Positions 25,116-39,119 of a DNA stretch of 49,080 nucleotides are shown piece after piece. Where the stretch lies: positions 1 through 49,080 of the forward strand of contig NOWV01000319.1 of NCBI GenBank assembly GCA_003344405.1, in the 5' to 3' direction. The translations under genes and the position numbers were made by a program. Below the pieces are notes generated by a model. The model did no database searches. It saw only the letters and a program-made list of their open reading frames with translations, and was not told where the DNA came from. Positions within the stretch are counted from its first letter, which is position 1. Each line of letters opens with the position of its first letter. The stretch comes from Trichoplax sp. H2. Taxonomy: Eukaryota.

Positions 25116-27271
25116 TTTTCATTTGGTATTTGTAGACATCTTAGATTTGAATCATTTACAAACAGCGTAAATTAATTGAAGCTGTTAAGTTTCTCTTTAA
25201 CTTTTGTATAGTGGAAAATTTGTACTGAAGTTAATACAGATGTACAGAAAACTAGAGAATCTTTTTTTCCTTATCAGAAATAGTTCTCTGCATGATCTGT
25301 AAATTTTTTACTCGTGGGCACGTACTTAAAAATAATAAATTTTATATCTTGCTATAATTCCTCATAATAACCGTTTTATAGCATAATTTTTCACCATTCA
25401 TGTGTATTTAGCAAAACAGTCATTCTCTTGCCTCTTAGTAGCTGAAATAAATAATCTAGCTAATCTTGGATCTCAATGTTATTGGAGTTTAAAGCTCAAA
25501 TTTAATTCGAAGCACCGTAGGAAATAATAACTTTGTCCATAAAGACGTTAAAAATATCTTGGTACTAGAAAAAAGTTAAGCTTTGCTATAAATTTACATT
25601 CATTTCTAATTGATTCAAATTTTATCCTAATAGTTAATACTATAAAAATAAACCGATAGTTGATAAATACAGTCATACTTTCCGAAATTAAAGATATATA
25701 GGTTTAAAATAAACTAAAGTTAGTAATAGCCTAAATTAAAAGAAAATTTATTGAAAGACCGTAGCTGGCATTGATATAAAATCTTTTCCAAGTTATTATG
25801 ACTGTTATTATCTAATGTAATTACGGATCTCAGGCTCTATAGTTGAAACGCTCACATTACAATGCATTCGAATTTGATAAATTTTAAAGAGCAGATTATG
25901 AAGTCTAGTAATAAGATCACAATCTAAGTTGATTTACAATTAATTTGATAAAAATATAGAAGAAATCTAAATTTAATATGAACTGACCCATACATCAAAT
26001 CTATAATGCTCAATCGAGCCAATTGTCAACAGTAATATGTTTTGCAAATATACACTTGTCCTTGTTCATTTTAGTATATATTGACTGCATAATTTTGCTG
26101 ATTAATAGCTACTCTTTCTTGGTTCCAATAGCTTATGGTATAGGATTGATCTAACTTTCGTAAAGCATGAAGATGCTTAAATTTTATATCAAATACAAAA
26201 TTTGCTATTTTATTAAATTAATAAGATCAGATTCTACAGGCAACTGTACAGTATGAGAAAGAACTAATGTTAACTGTTAGATTGCTCATCTATGAAGCCC
26301 ACCTTCCTTCTTGTTAACGTAGAAAGACTAAAATTAAAAGAACCGTCTCTAAACATCTACAAAAATTGTTATACTTGTAATTTTTGTTAAATACCGGTAC
26401 TCCTTTAAGTTCTAAGTATATCTAGAATGACTTAACCCATTAGCGGTCATATATCTTATTGAAAGATGATACGTTTTCTTTTGCTAAACATAATGTACTT
26501 ATTAATCCACAGATCATGAAGAACGACATGTTACGCGTAAAACCAGATGCCTGCTCGTGTTCATGTATCTAAAAGCAGTGGTGCAGTGGTAGTGACTGTT
26601 AACTTCAAGTATGAACTTTACTGTGAATATTAAAACAGCTGGAAGTAACACAGTATATTCTCCTTCAATAGCTCCATGCAGTACTCAAACCTTGAAGCTT
26701 ACTCTAAACACAAATTTGTGTACAAATATAACCACCTTTGCCAATAACTATAAATTTAGGTGAAATTTGAATCTAAACATCTATATATAATTTAATTAAC
26801 AATTAGCTGCATTAATTATCACTAGAGTATGATAAAATGCTATCAAAATTATGAAATAAGAAATACAGTTTCTTATAAATTTCACTTTATTGCATAAAAT
26901 GGGTTGGCCTGACAAATACTAAGTGCTATTTAGCTTTAGTCTGACTATCTTCATTATTATAGCAAGAGTAGCGTATGTACTCCTAGCAATCTTTTAATTA
27001 AAAATTTGAGTTCCTAAAATAAAGCAAGTCTCTAATGTATCTCAAATAGTTAAGAGCATATTCTTGACTTTCAATGTAACGCTTATTTCTTCAATGTTTC
27101 TGATAAAAAAATCCGATTTCTTTTCCTCATAAGAACATTAAAAAGAGACTTGAATAAATTGGATAATTAACTTATATATTTAGCCTGTTTTATAACAGTT
27201 CTATACAATTTATACAAATTAAAATTCAATACACGTCCACATAGAAGTCATTAATAACACTAGTGCATTGC

Positions 27272-28453
27272 TGTGACACTGTTATATACTGTGTTAGAGT
27301 AGAAATATCTATGTTAGGATAATTCTGTTAGCCTATCCTTATTTAGTTAACTTCTAATTTAGATATGCTGTGTTTTAATATAGCACTGGCATTTTATGAC
27401 AGTGACACATATACACATACCGAAATTAATAGTTATAATAGGGAATGCAAATCATGTACTTACAGTTCGAATCATTGTAATTGTAACTTACTTATAGTAG
27501 ATTGTAAATTATCGTGGAAATGCTCCGTGATAGGAAATATCGTAATCTGACTATTCTGTATTATTCATCAGATGTCTATGTTCGTAAATACTGTTGTCTT
27601 ATTGAGGGAGCAGTAGCTAACATTAATATCTAATTCAGTAAATTATTCCAAAGTTAATCGTACTAACTATGACTCATGAACTATTGAGGAAGAATATATA
27701 AATGCAGTTGTAATGTAACTAGTATTGTGATTGTGACTGTTAGCCATGTTTAGTATAATGTACGGTAGATACTTATCCAAAGAGATATTTGGTAGCTATA
27801 ACTATAGTCTGTAGTGATATAGACTCTATGCTAGAGTGCAGATGACTTTATATAGTAAGGTGTTGAGTTACTAATAAGGCCATAGGTAAAAGTAGAACTG
27901 TAAATCATATATTAGGATATTGTTAATTCATTGTACTTTGGCTGGTGTGAATAATGTCTACGTAAGTACTGTAGTCGTGTCCATATTGGATTAATGATAG
28001 TCCGCAGTAGAATAGTGTTACTAAGAATAATTTAACTATGTGTAAAATAAGGTAAAAAGTTGCCATCCGGATTGTAGATGCGAATGCTACGGAAAGTATA
28101 AAAGCATGCAACTTTAGATTATTCTGTTAGTTCGTTGTAGAAGTCTTTAGTAGTAGTATTCGGCTAGAATAGAGCTATGTGTAGTTAATCTTTGTATAAG
28201 ATTCAATAAAGCCTTTATATTTCTAAAATTTGAAATTTCGTGATTGGTGTATATCAGAGCAGTATATTGTGTAATAAAGTGGTTCTTAAATTTAGTGTTT
28301 AACGTAAAATATGAGGCGTTTAAGTCTTTGTGTAGTCTGCTAGTAGGGCAAAAGTGTTTCTGATAGTGCAGATATCGTTCCTGATACGTAGTTCAAGGAA
28401 TTGACTTATTGATCGTACATTGCCTTATCTTGTTGGAAAGCTGTTTTGTGACA
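27272..28453 (+). mobile_element. Family B solo-LTR-like element (~627 bp plus the nested family A copy)
   Basis: TGTGACA...TGTGACA ends; perfect TSD ATTGC (27267-27271 and 28454-28458); homologous to 45896-46525. Confidence 0.9.
27709..28258 (+). mobile_element. Solo LTR family A copy 3, nested in a family B element
   Basis: Perfect TSD GCAGT (27704-27708 and 28259-28263). The homologous family B copy at ~46329 has a single GCAGT (empty site). Confidence 0.93.
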
Positions 28454-29519
28454 ATTGCCTAATAGTAATACTTAATATGGCTATCAGCTACGGCCTTAGA
28501 AAATACATAACATGAGACCCGTTTCATCATACTAGCCACGATCAACAATTTCTTTATTAAGATATGCAGTGCTATACTACATACTATCACTGTATTTCCT
28601 AATACAAAACTACTGCAATTAGCTAAAATTATTACAGCAACATTTATAAATTTATACATATTTAAGTAATAGAATTATTTTTAGCGACACAATCATAGCT
28701 TACCAATCAAGTTGGGAGATCGCTTCTAACTTTACGATCGCTCAATCTATTCACGCTTCTAATTAACACATCACAATAAATATCTCACACTTCTCACATA
28801 CTTAGAGTAATCTAGTTATATTTAGGGATCTTATTATAAACATCTCAATAGAATTGCTACAAAAGCTACGGTATTCCTAAAAATAAGCACTTACACAACC
28901 TTAAAATCTAGCACGCTAGTTAAATTATTCTTGTATATTCTGAGTCTTAATCTTAGCCATATTTTGGAGCTACAATATATAAAGACATTGAATATTTTGA
29001 GCCTTAAATATAAAATAAGAAATTTTGGGGAAATATATGTGCACTAGTGTTATCGTAAACAAGAACAATTAAACTCGATATTTCAATTACTAAAGTCTCA
29101 AATCGGTAAAGGAGTAGCCATTTCATGAAAATAGCAAACATTGACTAAACAGTTAACTAAATTGCATAACGCTCAGCAAAGGCGTTTAAACATAGCCAAA
29201 ACTGAATATGAGCTTTGTAAGACTGGTTACGATGTAATAAAAAGTAATAACCAAAAATCGCATAGTGTAATATTATTAAGTGCTCTTCGATTCATTATTA
29301 TACGAAGATATACCGTTTATAGCCAGTACATTTAGGAAATAGACTTTGATATGTTGACTATTGTATAAATTGAACAAAGTTAGCGTTAACTATTGTATCA
29401 ACTAAAAACTTAATTACTGTTTTGATAAATGCTACACTTCTATAATTGCCAGCTAAAGCTAATAACCCTAGTCTGAAGTCGTTACTGTTTATTACTTATA
29501 ATAATAATTACTAAGTATC

Positions 29520-30514
29520 TGTTACGGTTTAAGATATTATGTGATAATGTTATTGAAGTAGAAGTAGACGGTTACGTTTAGATAATCATAAATATTATGA
29601 TCTGTTAAAATTGTGAGGTTCAATCGTTAATGGACTTCCATTAACGAATGTGTAGAAGTAAGGTACTTAATATGCCAATGACGTGTATTAACCAAAATGG
29701 CGGTTGTCACACTTGTAGGGAATCTGTTAGATCTTAAATGGATTTAAGTTGTTAATTGGCGCTATAATATTATTAGCGCATAATATCAATTATCACATAT
29801 TTGTTCGATAGTTATCAATAGGATTACAAAGTTATAGAAAAGACTAAGTTNNNNNNNNNNNNNNNNNNNNAATAAATGATAGTAAATCTCTGACTATCTC
29901 GTCTACATCATCTGTGACGCTATAATTATACCATAGTATTCGGTCGTTGGAACTGAATTATTTGGTGATATAGCTAATCTCGCCTCTTTAAGTTAGTAAG
30001 TGGCGTTCTCCGCAAGGATTGGCGTGTGTAGACTACTTTGTCACTAGTGGTGTGTGACAGCCAATGACGTGTAATAACCAAAATGGCGGTTGTCACACTT
30101 GTAGGGAATCTGTTAGATCTTAAATGGATTTAAGTTGTTAATTGGCGCTATAATATTATTAGCGCATAATATCAATTATCACATATTTGTTCGATAGTTA
30201 TCAATAGGATTACAAAGTTATAGAAAAGACTAAGTTATGTATAAGAATAATTAACAGGTTGAAAAGGTGTAGATTTGATACAAGTATATAAGAGGTTGTA
30301 ATTTACCTCGCTGGAGAGGAGAAAAATACGGAGACCTAATAAAGTTAGTTTAGTAAATTTATCCAGACGCTTCTAGTCCGCCTTTTACTGTTGTCTGAGG
30401 TCCTTCGCTGAAGTAGAGCGAGTAGTGATGCCTGGTGGCAGTTTTACTGTATGACAGAAGAGAGTAGGATAAGTGTGGAACGGGAATCCGATCGTTACAA
30501 ACGGCGCTGTGACA
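29520..30514. mobile_element. Solo LTR family C (about 610 bp after removing the gap duplication and nested fragment)
   Basis: TGTTACG...TGTGACA ends with perfect TSD GTATC (29515-29519 and 30515-30519). Contains an N gap and a 177-bp duplication (29674-29850 = 30060-30236). Confidence 0.75.
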
Positions 30515-33500
30515 GTATCATATAATACAATCTTTAATCGACTATTATGCATTATAATAGCATTTCAAGCTTAAATCATATCTTATATATTAAGTCAGCA
30601 GCAATGCATCAATTGAAATTTAGCTTAAAATTTTGTATATAACAACAGTTCTGGAGCTTTTTTGGCTTTAGTGACTATATATTCAGCGTATGTGATTCAA
30701 ATTATATTGCCTTTTGTCTTTCCCTTTTAAATAATATATTTCTACCAGTTGACATTGGCTCTTAATAGAAAACCTAATGAATTAGGGAAAATAAATAACC
30801 AGAAGCTTGCCATTATTTTAGAACCTATTTCAGACACTGAATTGATGAATGAAATCCTCTTAATTAATTTATTAGTGAACGACATTCATTGCGAAAGATT
30901 CACAACAATGAAGAAGATTAACGACTATTTTGGAACGATTACGTAAGAATTAATTGACTTAATTAATCAAGTAATAGTAATTCCTAGGGTATATAGCCTA
31001 CTTCAACCTTGATTTAAGACATCTTCCACAGTAAATATCTGTGATAATTTCACTACAATAAAAGCACGTTCTATCAAGCATTGCATTCTAGATCAAATTA
31101 CTGTGTAAAAGCGAAATATAAATTGCTTCGCGTATTTATAGCACCACCAACATGCAGAATTCTGGTAATTTGCATGATATCTAGTCGATTTGAAAAATTT
31201 CTGGTTAGGTTAGATTTTGTCAGCTAACCGTTTTTCCTAGTATATTTAGAGTCTAGCAACATACAATTTATATTGCTATAATGAACCGCATGAAGAGAAC
31301 TAATTTCCACTTTATCTTGTTCAAATTTCATCCTAGATCAGTGTCAGAAGTTTACTCCAAAAAATTGTTAGCATACCACAACCTCCTTTGTGACACTAAA
31401 TCTTCTCTACTAAAACTGTGTAAAACTTTTACTAAGTACAGTTAAACCCCTACGCTAGATGGGCGCTACCCAGAACTTCTCAAGGTTGGAACAGTACTTC
31501 CGTAACCGACATTGGGTAAACTGTTAATACATACAAATAAGACAAAGGCTTTCACTTAAGATTACTATCAGTACACTTTATTCTTATCTACACCACTCTA
31601 CCTTATATTACACCTTCTAAAGACTTCATATACTTTCTAAGATATTTGTTATTTACTCTGAATCTCACACAGAAGATTCCACGACTGTAATCTGCTATAC
31701 GGTAATAGTCTTATAACTCAACTATAAGTTCTGTTAACGTAAAAATCCTCTAACACAGAGATGAGCATAGCATCCACATTTATATTATCCTAGTCTATAC
31801 TCCTAGTCAGTTTAATAAGTAACCAGGAATAAACAAGAGCAGTTGCTCAACTCCCTTACTAATAAGCACCAAAACACAATTTACTACCACGTAAACATCT
31901 CAATTTCTAATAAACAAAAATAGCTAATTAGCTAATCTAACTCATCACGGTAAAAGATACTATAACACAGGAATAAAAATTTTTGTACTGGATCATTTCT
32001 TAGAGTTTTTGTCTTGTCGTAAATATACTATGAGTAGTTGTATCGGCTAAGTATTTGTCGTAGTTGATTTCTGCGTAGTCGATTTCTGCCCATTGTATAT
32101 AGGTTAGGTCGACTAAATTTTTTTTAATTTTAGTTGCGAATGTTGGTCGTTAGTTAGTAATTTTGTAGTTTCCGCGAGTTAATAGAATTGGTCGTACTAG
32201 TCCGAATAAAGCAAAAGTAGCACTATGCCGTGAAGTTTGTCGGTGTAACTGCAGTCAAGAAAAGTAATTCTAGGCCGAAACTAGAATAGTAGTTGATAGC
32301 AGCAACTTTTAACAGCAGAATACTTCACTTTACTGTATCCTTTGTCAAGGCTGACGTTTATAGTATAGTTTACTACCGAAAGTTTATTTAATTTAAATTA
32401 TAAGACTGTAACATAATCTCAATTGTAATAAATACCTTAAATTACTAGCCTTATTTGCAACACAAGATTCAATATGTAAGATGCATAGTTTTGAAACTTT
32501 TACAGGAAGTATCAAGTTAGAGAAAAAGACGGTATTAATTAACTATTGTAGACGTTGCAGGGCTTGGATAATGAACTGGATAGGTACTGTAAACATAAAA
32601 TTTAAAGGGCTTCCTCAAAGGCTATCGAGAATATAACCAGATACAACGATACCTGCTCAAAAACATCCGCAATTTAGAGTAAGATTTTACCGATGGAATA
32701 CAAGAGCAGATGTTTGTGCTTAAATAAAAGATCATTATAAGTTCAAGAACATTAGCACAATTAGCCTAACTAACTATGTAAGAGATAGAGTAAATACTGT
32801 TTTAGATTTTTTCTAAGGATTCCAGACTCCTCAAATTTAATAGCCAACTCAACGCTATAATTATAGGAGATAAGATATTACTAGCTTTAATTCAGAAATC
32901 GATATGTTACCATACTTACGATATGCCATAAGTATTTTTATACACCTAAAGGACGCTGGAAGCTAAAAATTCTAGGAATGATCATTGAAACTAGTTAAGA
33001 AGTACCATAGTGTAGCCTCAATGAATGCAACGTATGTGCATGGCAGGATGAGAAAAGTAGATCTAGGACTTAATGAACTTTGCACTACCTGTAATTAATT
33101 ATAGCTTACAGACAGCACATAAATAGTAGACAAGGTAAACGAAACGATAATACCTAGCAATAGTGAGCTCCTATTCATTATTGTTCGTTTCTCATTGCTT
33201 GTTTAGGTTATTTCCTTTATTTTGAAGTTATCGTCATCGATTTTACATTACTAAGCTTATTGTTCAGAATAGTGATTAAGATTTCGAATGTGCAATAAAA
33301 TTCAGGACATCTTTAAGGAAATGTATTTATTGGCCTAAAATTACGCTAATTATCGTACAGGTAAGAATTGATTGATTCTACATTTATGTAAGTCCGTAGG
33401 TGATTTAAAAACTTATTAACTTAAGTTAATCCTTTGCGTAAGGCCATAAATGATAACTAAATAACGCAATTTCTATTCTTCGTGGTAAATACCGTAATAT

Positions 33501-34452
33501 TAAAGACAAGATTACGTTAACGTCTTTGCAGTCAAGTGACAGAAAAGTTTTTTTTTATAAAATGCAAGGACTGCCTGTATTACCAGTAAATTCGCCATTT
33601 ATCGCTACCGCCCTCTTTAAATGGCAACAGCACCAGATCCTATTATATAAATTATTAATCAAATTGTTACCATAAATACCTAAATTGCTGCATTCTTAGC
33701 CATGTTAATGCAGGCTTCGAAGTGACAGTTTTTATTTTTCGATTATATCTAAAAGCATTACGAATAGGTTTAATAAAATATTATAGAGATCAATATTAAA
33801 CTAAAAAGTCTTACCAAGTTTGGATTTCTAGCGCCCGTAGTTTCTATTTCTAGAGATATTTTTTATCACGAATAAAATCTTCTAGACTTATTTTTAGCAT
33901 TTCAAAACAAAATGGATCGATTGTAATTGCTTAAATTAGAGGTAGCAATTATTTCCGTCATATATTGGTTAGTCTAGTATTATAATGAAAATCCAAATTT
34001 TCAATGCCGCAATAATCTTGATTTAATAATATTAATCTAAAGTCAGCTTTCTCAATTCAATTATATTTGATATTGCTGTAAAACAATATTGGATGAAATA
34101 ATTGACAGTGATCTTATTTTCTAATGAGAACAATACCTACTTTATATAAAAGAAAGTATTTGACAGGGTTATAGATTCGACGGGTGGACGTAATAGTTAC
34201 ATTTTCTAACGACGAGTGAATAAATCTTAAAAGAGGTTACAATAAGTTACATTATGCAGAAAAGTTTTATAATACTTTGTGAAATTTAATTAATATCTAT
34301 GGTTCTTTACAATTTATCAGATATCTTAAAAGTTAGACATATAGTCCCATTCAGTCTTAAACTATAATTGTATAAAGGTGAAAGTCAAACTAATCGAGTC
34401 AATAACACATTAAGCATAAAGATTGTTATCTGGATTATTTTATATCATTAAG

Positions 34453-35466
34453 ATGTTGGTAGGAATTCTACAAGATAATATCCTTGCTATTCTTATTTGC
34501 TGGGTTTTTGGAATAGCAGGGTTTATAGCCAATTTTTATATGATTTTTAACTCAATAAGAATTTATAGACATAATGGTTACAAAAATCTTCGAATTAGAA
34601 AAGTACATGCATTTTTAATTACCAATTTAGCGATAGCTGATCTATTTGGCTGTTGTTATCTTGTAATTATGGCTTGTGCTGATCGTTACTACGCTAATTA
34701 TCATGCCCACATCTTTAATTGCTATTTATTTAATGGTTGTATTAATATAACAAATATTTGGGTAAAAGATCCTGCTTGTACAATAGCGCGCTATCTAGCA
34801 AACATGGCAGTCGCTTTGCCTGCGTTTATCTCGCTGTATATATCATTTGATCGGTATACAAGTATTGTCAAGCCCTACAGTTCGTACCGTTTTACATTAT
34901 TTCGTGTCAAATTAGTGATGACAATTTCATGGTCTCTTATTTTAATGAGCACGATAGCGACCAGTACTACTGCAGTATCATTATACAATCCATTTACAGC
35001 CAAGCATTTTGTCCATGTTTGCTACTTTATAGATCCTTATGAATCAGTACATAGAACTACTGCTGCGTATGGATTTGGCATCTTAATCATCGTTTATTTA
35101 GTTACAATAACTTTATATCTAGCTATTATTGCACAAGTTCGAATGGTTCGACACCGAGTTATTCACGTTTCTACAAATAGGAATTCGAACCATAGAAACA
35201 TCGAAAGTCGTTTATGTATTATAACAGGAATAATTGCTGTGATGAATCTAGTAAGCTGGCTACCAGGATTTCTAATTTACATTGCCATTAGGTTTAAATT
35301 TGCATTTCTATCAACTAATAGTGGTCATCAAATTGCTACTATAGGACATTTCCTACTTTATGTTAATTCCTCTCTAAATCCTATATGCTACATGCTACTT
35401 TTATCGCGAAGACTGGAACTCAAATGTTGCAATTTGAAGAGGCAATACCCAGCGAAGTACAATTAA
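34453..35466 (+). CDS. Intronless class A GPCR, LGR-like 7TM (paralog 4)
   Basis: The ORF track starts at TTG 34423, but the ATG at 34453 (MLVGILQDN) aligns with the paralog starts MLNGILHEN and MTSGILQG. Motifs GFIAN, HAFLITNLAIADL, ISFDRY, SWLP, NSSLNPICY. Confidence 0.95.
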   Translation: MLVGILQDNILAILICWVFGIAGFIANFYMIFNSIRIYRHNGYKNLRIRKVHAFLITNLAIADLFGCCYLVIMACADRYYANYHAHIFNCYLFNGCINITNIWVKDPACTIARYLANMAVALPAFISLYISFDRYTSIVKPYSSYRFTLFRVKLVMTISWSLILMSTIATSTTAVSLYNPFTAKHFVHVCYFIDPYESVHRTTAAYGFGILIIVYLVTITLYLAIIAQVRMVRHRVIHVSTNRNSNHRNIESRLCIITGIIAVMNLVSWLPGFLIYIAIRFKFAFLSTNSGHQIATIGHFLLYVNSSLNPICYMLLLSRRLELKCCNLKRQYPAKYN

Positions 35467-38400
35467 AAGATATATAATATTGGAAAGCCGTATTCTGATA
35501 CATCCTTCAAGACACTTTTTTCTTAGACCTTTGGACATAATCTATTTTACCTCTAATCCTCCTCACATTAAGAGTCAATTGATTTATAAGAGATTTTATA
35601 ATTCAAAATTATGAATAATCTATTATTGAAAAACAATTTGGATATTTAATACGCAATGCATAAGTTACTATTTACCAGATTAGCCGTATATTTATATGGA
35701 AGACATTATGATAGAACGGCTTGGTGTATCGAAAGAAATCTGCATTGGGATTTGGATTATATAACGAAGTAATGTAGTAGAACATGTTTGATTCAAGGTT
35801 TGCTAAGTTTCTAGACTTACTATCTCCTTTATTAATTATTCTATTTTTTATCTTTGTGTCATGGTTACAGCATTATAGTTATTAGTTTTTGCTAAATTGC
35901 TAGTCAAAATTAAAACTGCCCAAAATTAAAATCTTATTGTAATTGTACTTTAATTTATACAATGTTTCCAGAATATCTATTATCGGGTTTTCAATCAAAG
36001 CTATTATCTCCTTCAAAATGTCTTATTGGAAAAAGTCTTAAAGTCCTTCTGAGACTACCGATATTTATTTTTCGAACAAAGTTGAGATGGTGGGTTCGAA
36101 GAGTTAGATAATGAGGTTTTAGTTGCCAAGCAGAGAATTGCGCAAGGAGCTTAAGAAGAGAGGATACTTTATTGTAGATAGTAGTTAGGTACAATATGAA
36201 AATTACGGTAGATCAGCGCTGTGGCTGCCGTGAGTAAAATATGAATACTAACTGTGATTAATAATGCAACTTAAGAAATCTAAGGTAGAAAACGGCGGTA
36301 TTTATAGCTATGGCATTAGAACACATGCAGAGAACATGATTGTAGGATTAGATACAACATATACCATAACTGGTTATAGAATAGCAGATGATCGTAGAAA
36401 ATAGTGTAGACTGTAATAACTAAATGTAGTAAGCCATATTTGAATGTAGAGCGAACAGACTCTAAATGTGTCTGTATCTGATAGCAATACAAAATGTCTA
36501 TATTTAAGAGTAGAATACAGTTACAGTACAATCCAAATACACTACAAAAGTAAATATAAGACCGATCAAACTGCTGTTCTTTCAATCGAATAATAGCTCC
36601 GTATGGTGACTACGAGCTCGGCGAGTCCACCATAAAATAAAGAATATACAGGATTGAAATATGAATATAACGCCAACTTTCCCTATAGATATGTTCGTGA
36701 TCGCAAAATCGGTAGCGAAAAATTCATGATTATTATTTTTTACGAATCATAATAGCTCCAGACATGTCTTAGATACAGGCTGTCAATGTAATAATCGCTA
36801 ATGATAAGAAAAGAAAGGATGCGAAAAGAGAGAAATAAATTGATAACCTTTTATTAGACTTGGTGTTCAAATTAACAATGGGACGACTTCGGATATAGCA
36901 AAGACAGAAATTAATGGTAGTAAATGTACTTTAGACCCTCATTACACTCACTTGGTAGTATTTAATCATGATGGTATTTCAAATTGGATATATAAGACTA
37001 TTGCTCGAGTATTTACCTACATACGAGCTATGAATTTATACTAACCTACGGTATAATAATATACGCTTTTTATCGGCTTGTACTGCAATATGTTGTTCCT
37101 TAAGTACAGTAAAAACAGAAATCTTCCCTTTTTCTATATTCTATTTACTAATAAAAGTTGCATGCGACGTACATTGCATATGGAGAATATTGAATATTGC
37201 ATCATTTCAAGTCTTATGTCGCGAATTTTTTTTCAATATCACAATAATACTAATCAATTCTTTCTTTCGTCCATTTTTTTTTTCATAATAAATTTGAATT
37301 TACGCGAATTATTATTGATATGTTGATCAACTTGGCTTATATCAAATATAAAAAAATAATTATTCTTATTCAGAACAATAATTATAGCATTTGAATGAAA
37401 ATCAGACGTAATAAGTTAACGTGGAAATTTAAATGGTCATCTTATCGACAAGTACCTTTCTATACGATATTTGGTGCAATGCTACCGATTTGTTCCGCGT
37501 TGACAGCTACAACATTATTGATATTTATATTACTTTTCTTTATGAATATTAAACATGGGTATATAGTGTTGATAAATTTTTATGAAATCATAACTTTCTT
37601 TTTTCATAATCAGGTCAAAATTGGAAAAAGAGGAGTATAAAATTTATTTTTTTAAACTCTTGCATATTTTGTTTTCGTGGTTAATGGCTGCTTGAACTCA
37701 TGATTATATTGCAGAAATTTATACTGGAATGATTGATAGTGACAAACAACTAGTTTCAGTTCTGAATACATTTAGATGCAGATTTACTCTAGTATGAGTT
37801 GGAATTATTGGTACTTTCAACTCCTGTATTAATCTTTTAGACGTTATAAACATTTTTTTATATTTGAGGATACTAAATTGGTTGGGGTTAATCTAATTAT
37901 TTATTTACTCATGCAAATCAGACCAATGGATCTGTCTACTCCTAGATATCTTACAAATAATTATTTATAGTGCGTCACATGGAAATGGATTATGGTTATT
38001 TACAGTTCTAAAATTAAAGTTATATGTTACTGTAAGAATATTTTACTTAAACTTTAGCTTGTAAGGAGCTTTCTTACTGCATCAGGTCGATTTGAATAGA
38101 GTTTGAGTAAAAATAATTTATTTGTAATTAAAATTTCTCTTGGTGATGGCGTACATCCTGTAGTCTATCGATTGTGTCTGAATTAGTGATATTTATTACA
38201 TTATGTCTATCTATCAGATGCTTAACTGAATAATTTATCAGATGTAAAATGGAAAGTTATTTACATTTACTCACGTCAACGATGATAGATATAAACCTTC
38301 CTTTAATCTCCACCCATGCTATTGATCCTCTGGTTATCTACTTTATCAGATTTGAGTAAGATAAAGCCCGCACATGCCCGCATATGTAGTTTGCTTGTTC

Positions 38401-39119
38401 TCATATTCCTCAATAAATCTGTTACTCCGCCTTAAATAAGTGCATTGTATAAATTATTTTATTCTTAAAATGCTAGAACAAAAGTAAGATGAAAAATTGG
38501 CCAGTTACTAACCGATCATAATTTCTGCATAATAAATGTGATCTAACTTAGTTTGATCTTAAATTTTATTATAGAGTGCTGTAGTAGCAGTTATCTTTGA
38601 ACTTATATCATTATGTGTTGAGCTGATAATCAATATTCTTATTGTCATTTGTAAATTGATCAGTTCTGAATGTTATCTATAATGTCTATAGATACTGTCT
38701 TGCCCAGCTGTAAAATTGATATAAATCTTTTTCATTTGATAATGTTTATGTTCCATCGTATCCTATTTCTTCCTATGATCGCTATATTTCATTTTCTACT
38801 TAATAGGTTGATTAATGTTTCTTGGTTAATTATAATTCATCTTCTGTTTACTAGCTTGACTGATTTTCCTAAAGTAATTCATGAATAGTACTCAATATTG
38901 GAAAAGGTCTTGTTTTTGGTATCAAAAAATCAATATCACTTAATTTATTTGGGTAATATCTAAGCGACCGCTGTAGACCATTAGACAAGATTACATTCCA
39001 CATTTTTTATAAGAATGCACAGAATAAATGATCGAATGAGTGATTAAGCGCCTGTAATACGTTCTCAATTTTAATGGTTTGCTTATTTATTTTGAGCATA
39101 GAGATGCTGACTACCGTAC

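Larger units (their letters stand above)
27045..29200 (+). repeat. Duplicated segment, copy A
   Basis: Collinear and highly similar to ~44445-46750 once the element insertions are removed. Confidence 0.9.

Noticed and set aside
32560..32830. Possible decayed gypsy pol fragment (IPAQKHPQ...)
   Set aside because: Multiple stops and no diagnostic protease, RT or integrase motif; cannot be supported without a search.
34423..34452. ORF-track start for paralog 4
   Set aside because: TTG start is implausible in a eukaryote; ATG 34453 aligns with the paralog N-termini.
2412..35466. Opsin identity for the GPCRs
   Set aside because: No TM7 retinal-binding lysine in any intact paralog; TM2 is LGR-like.
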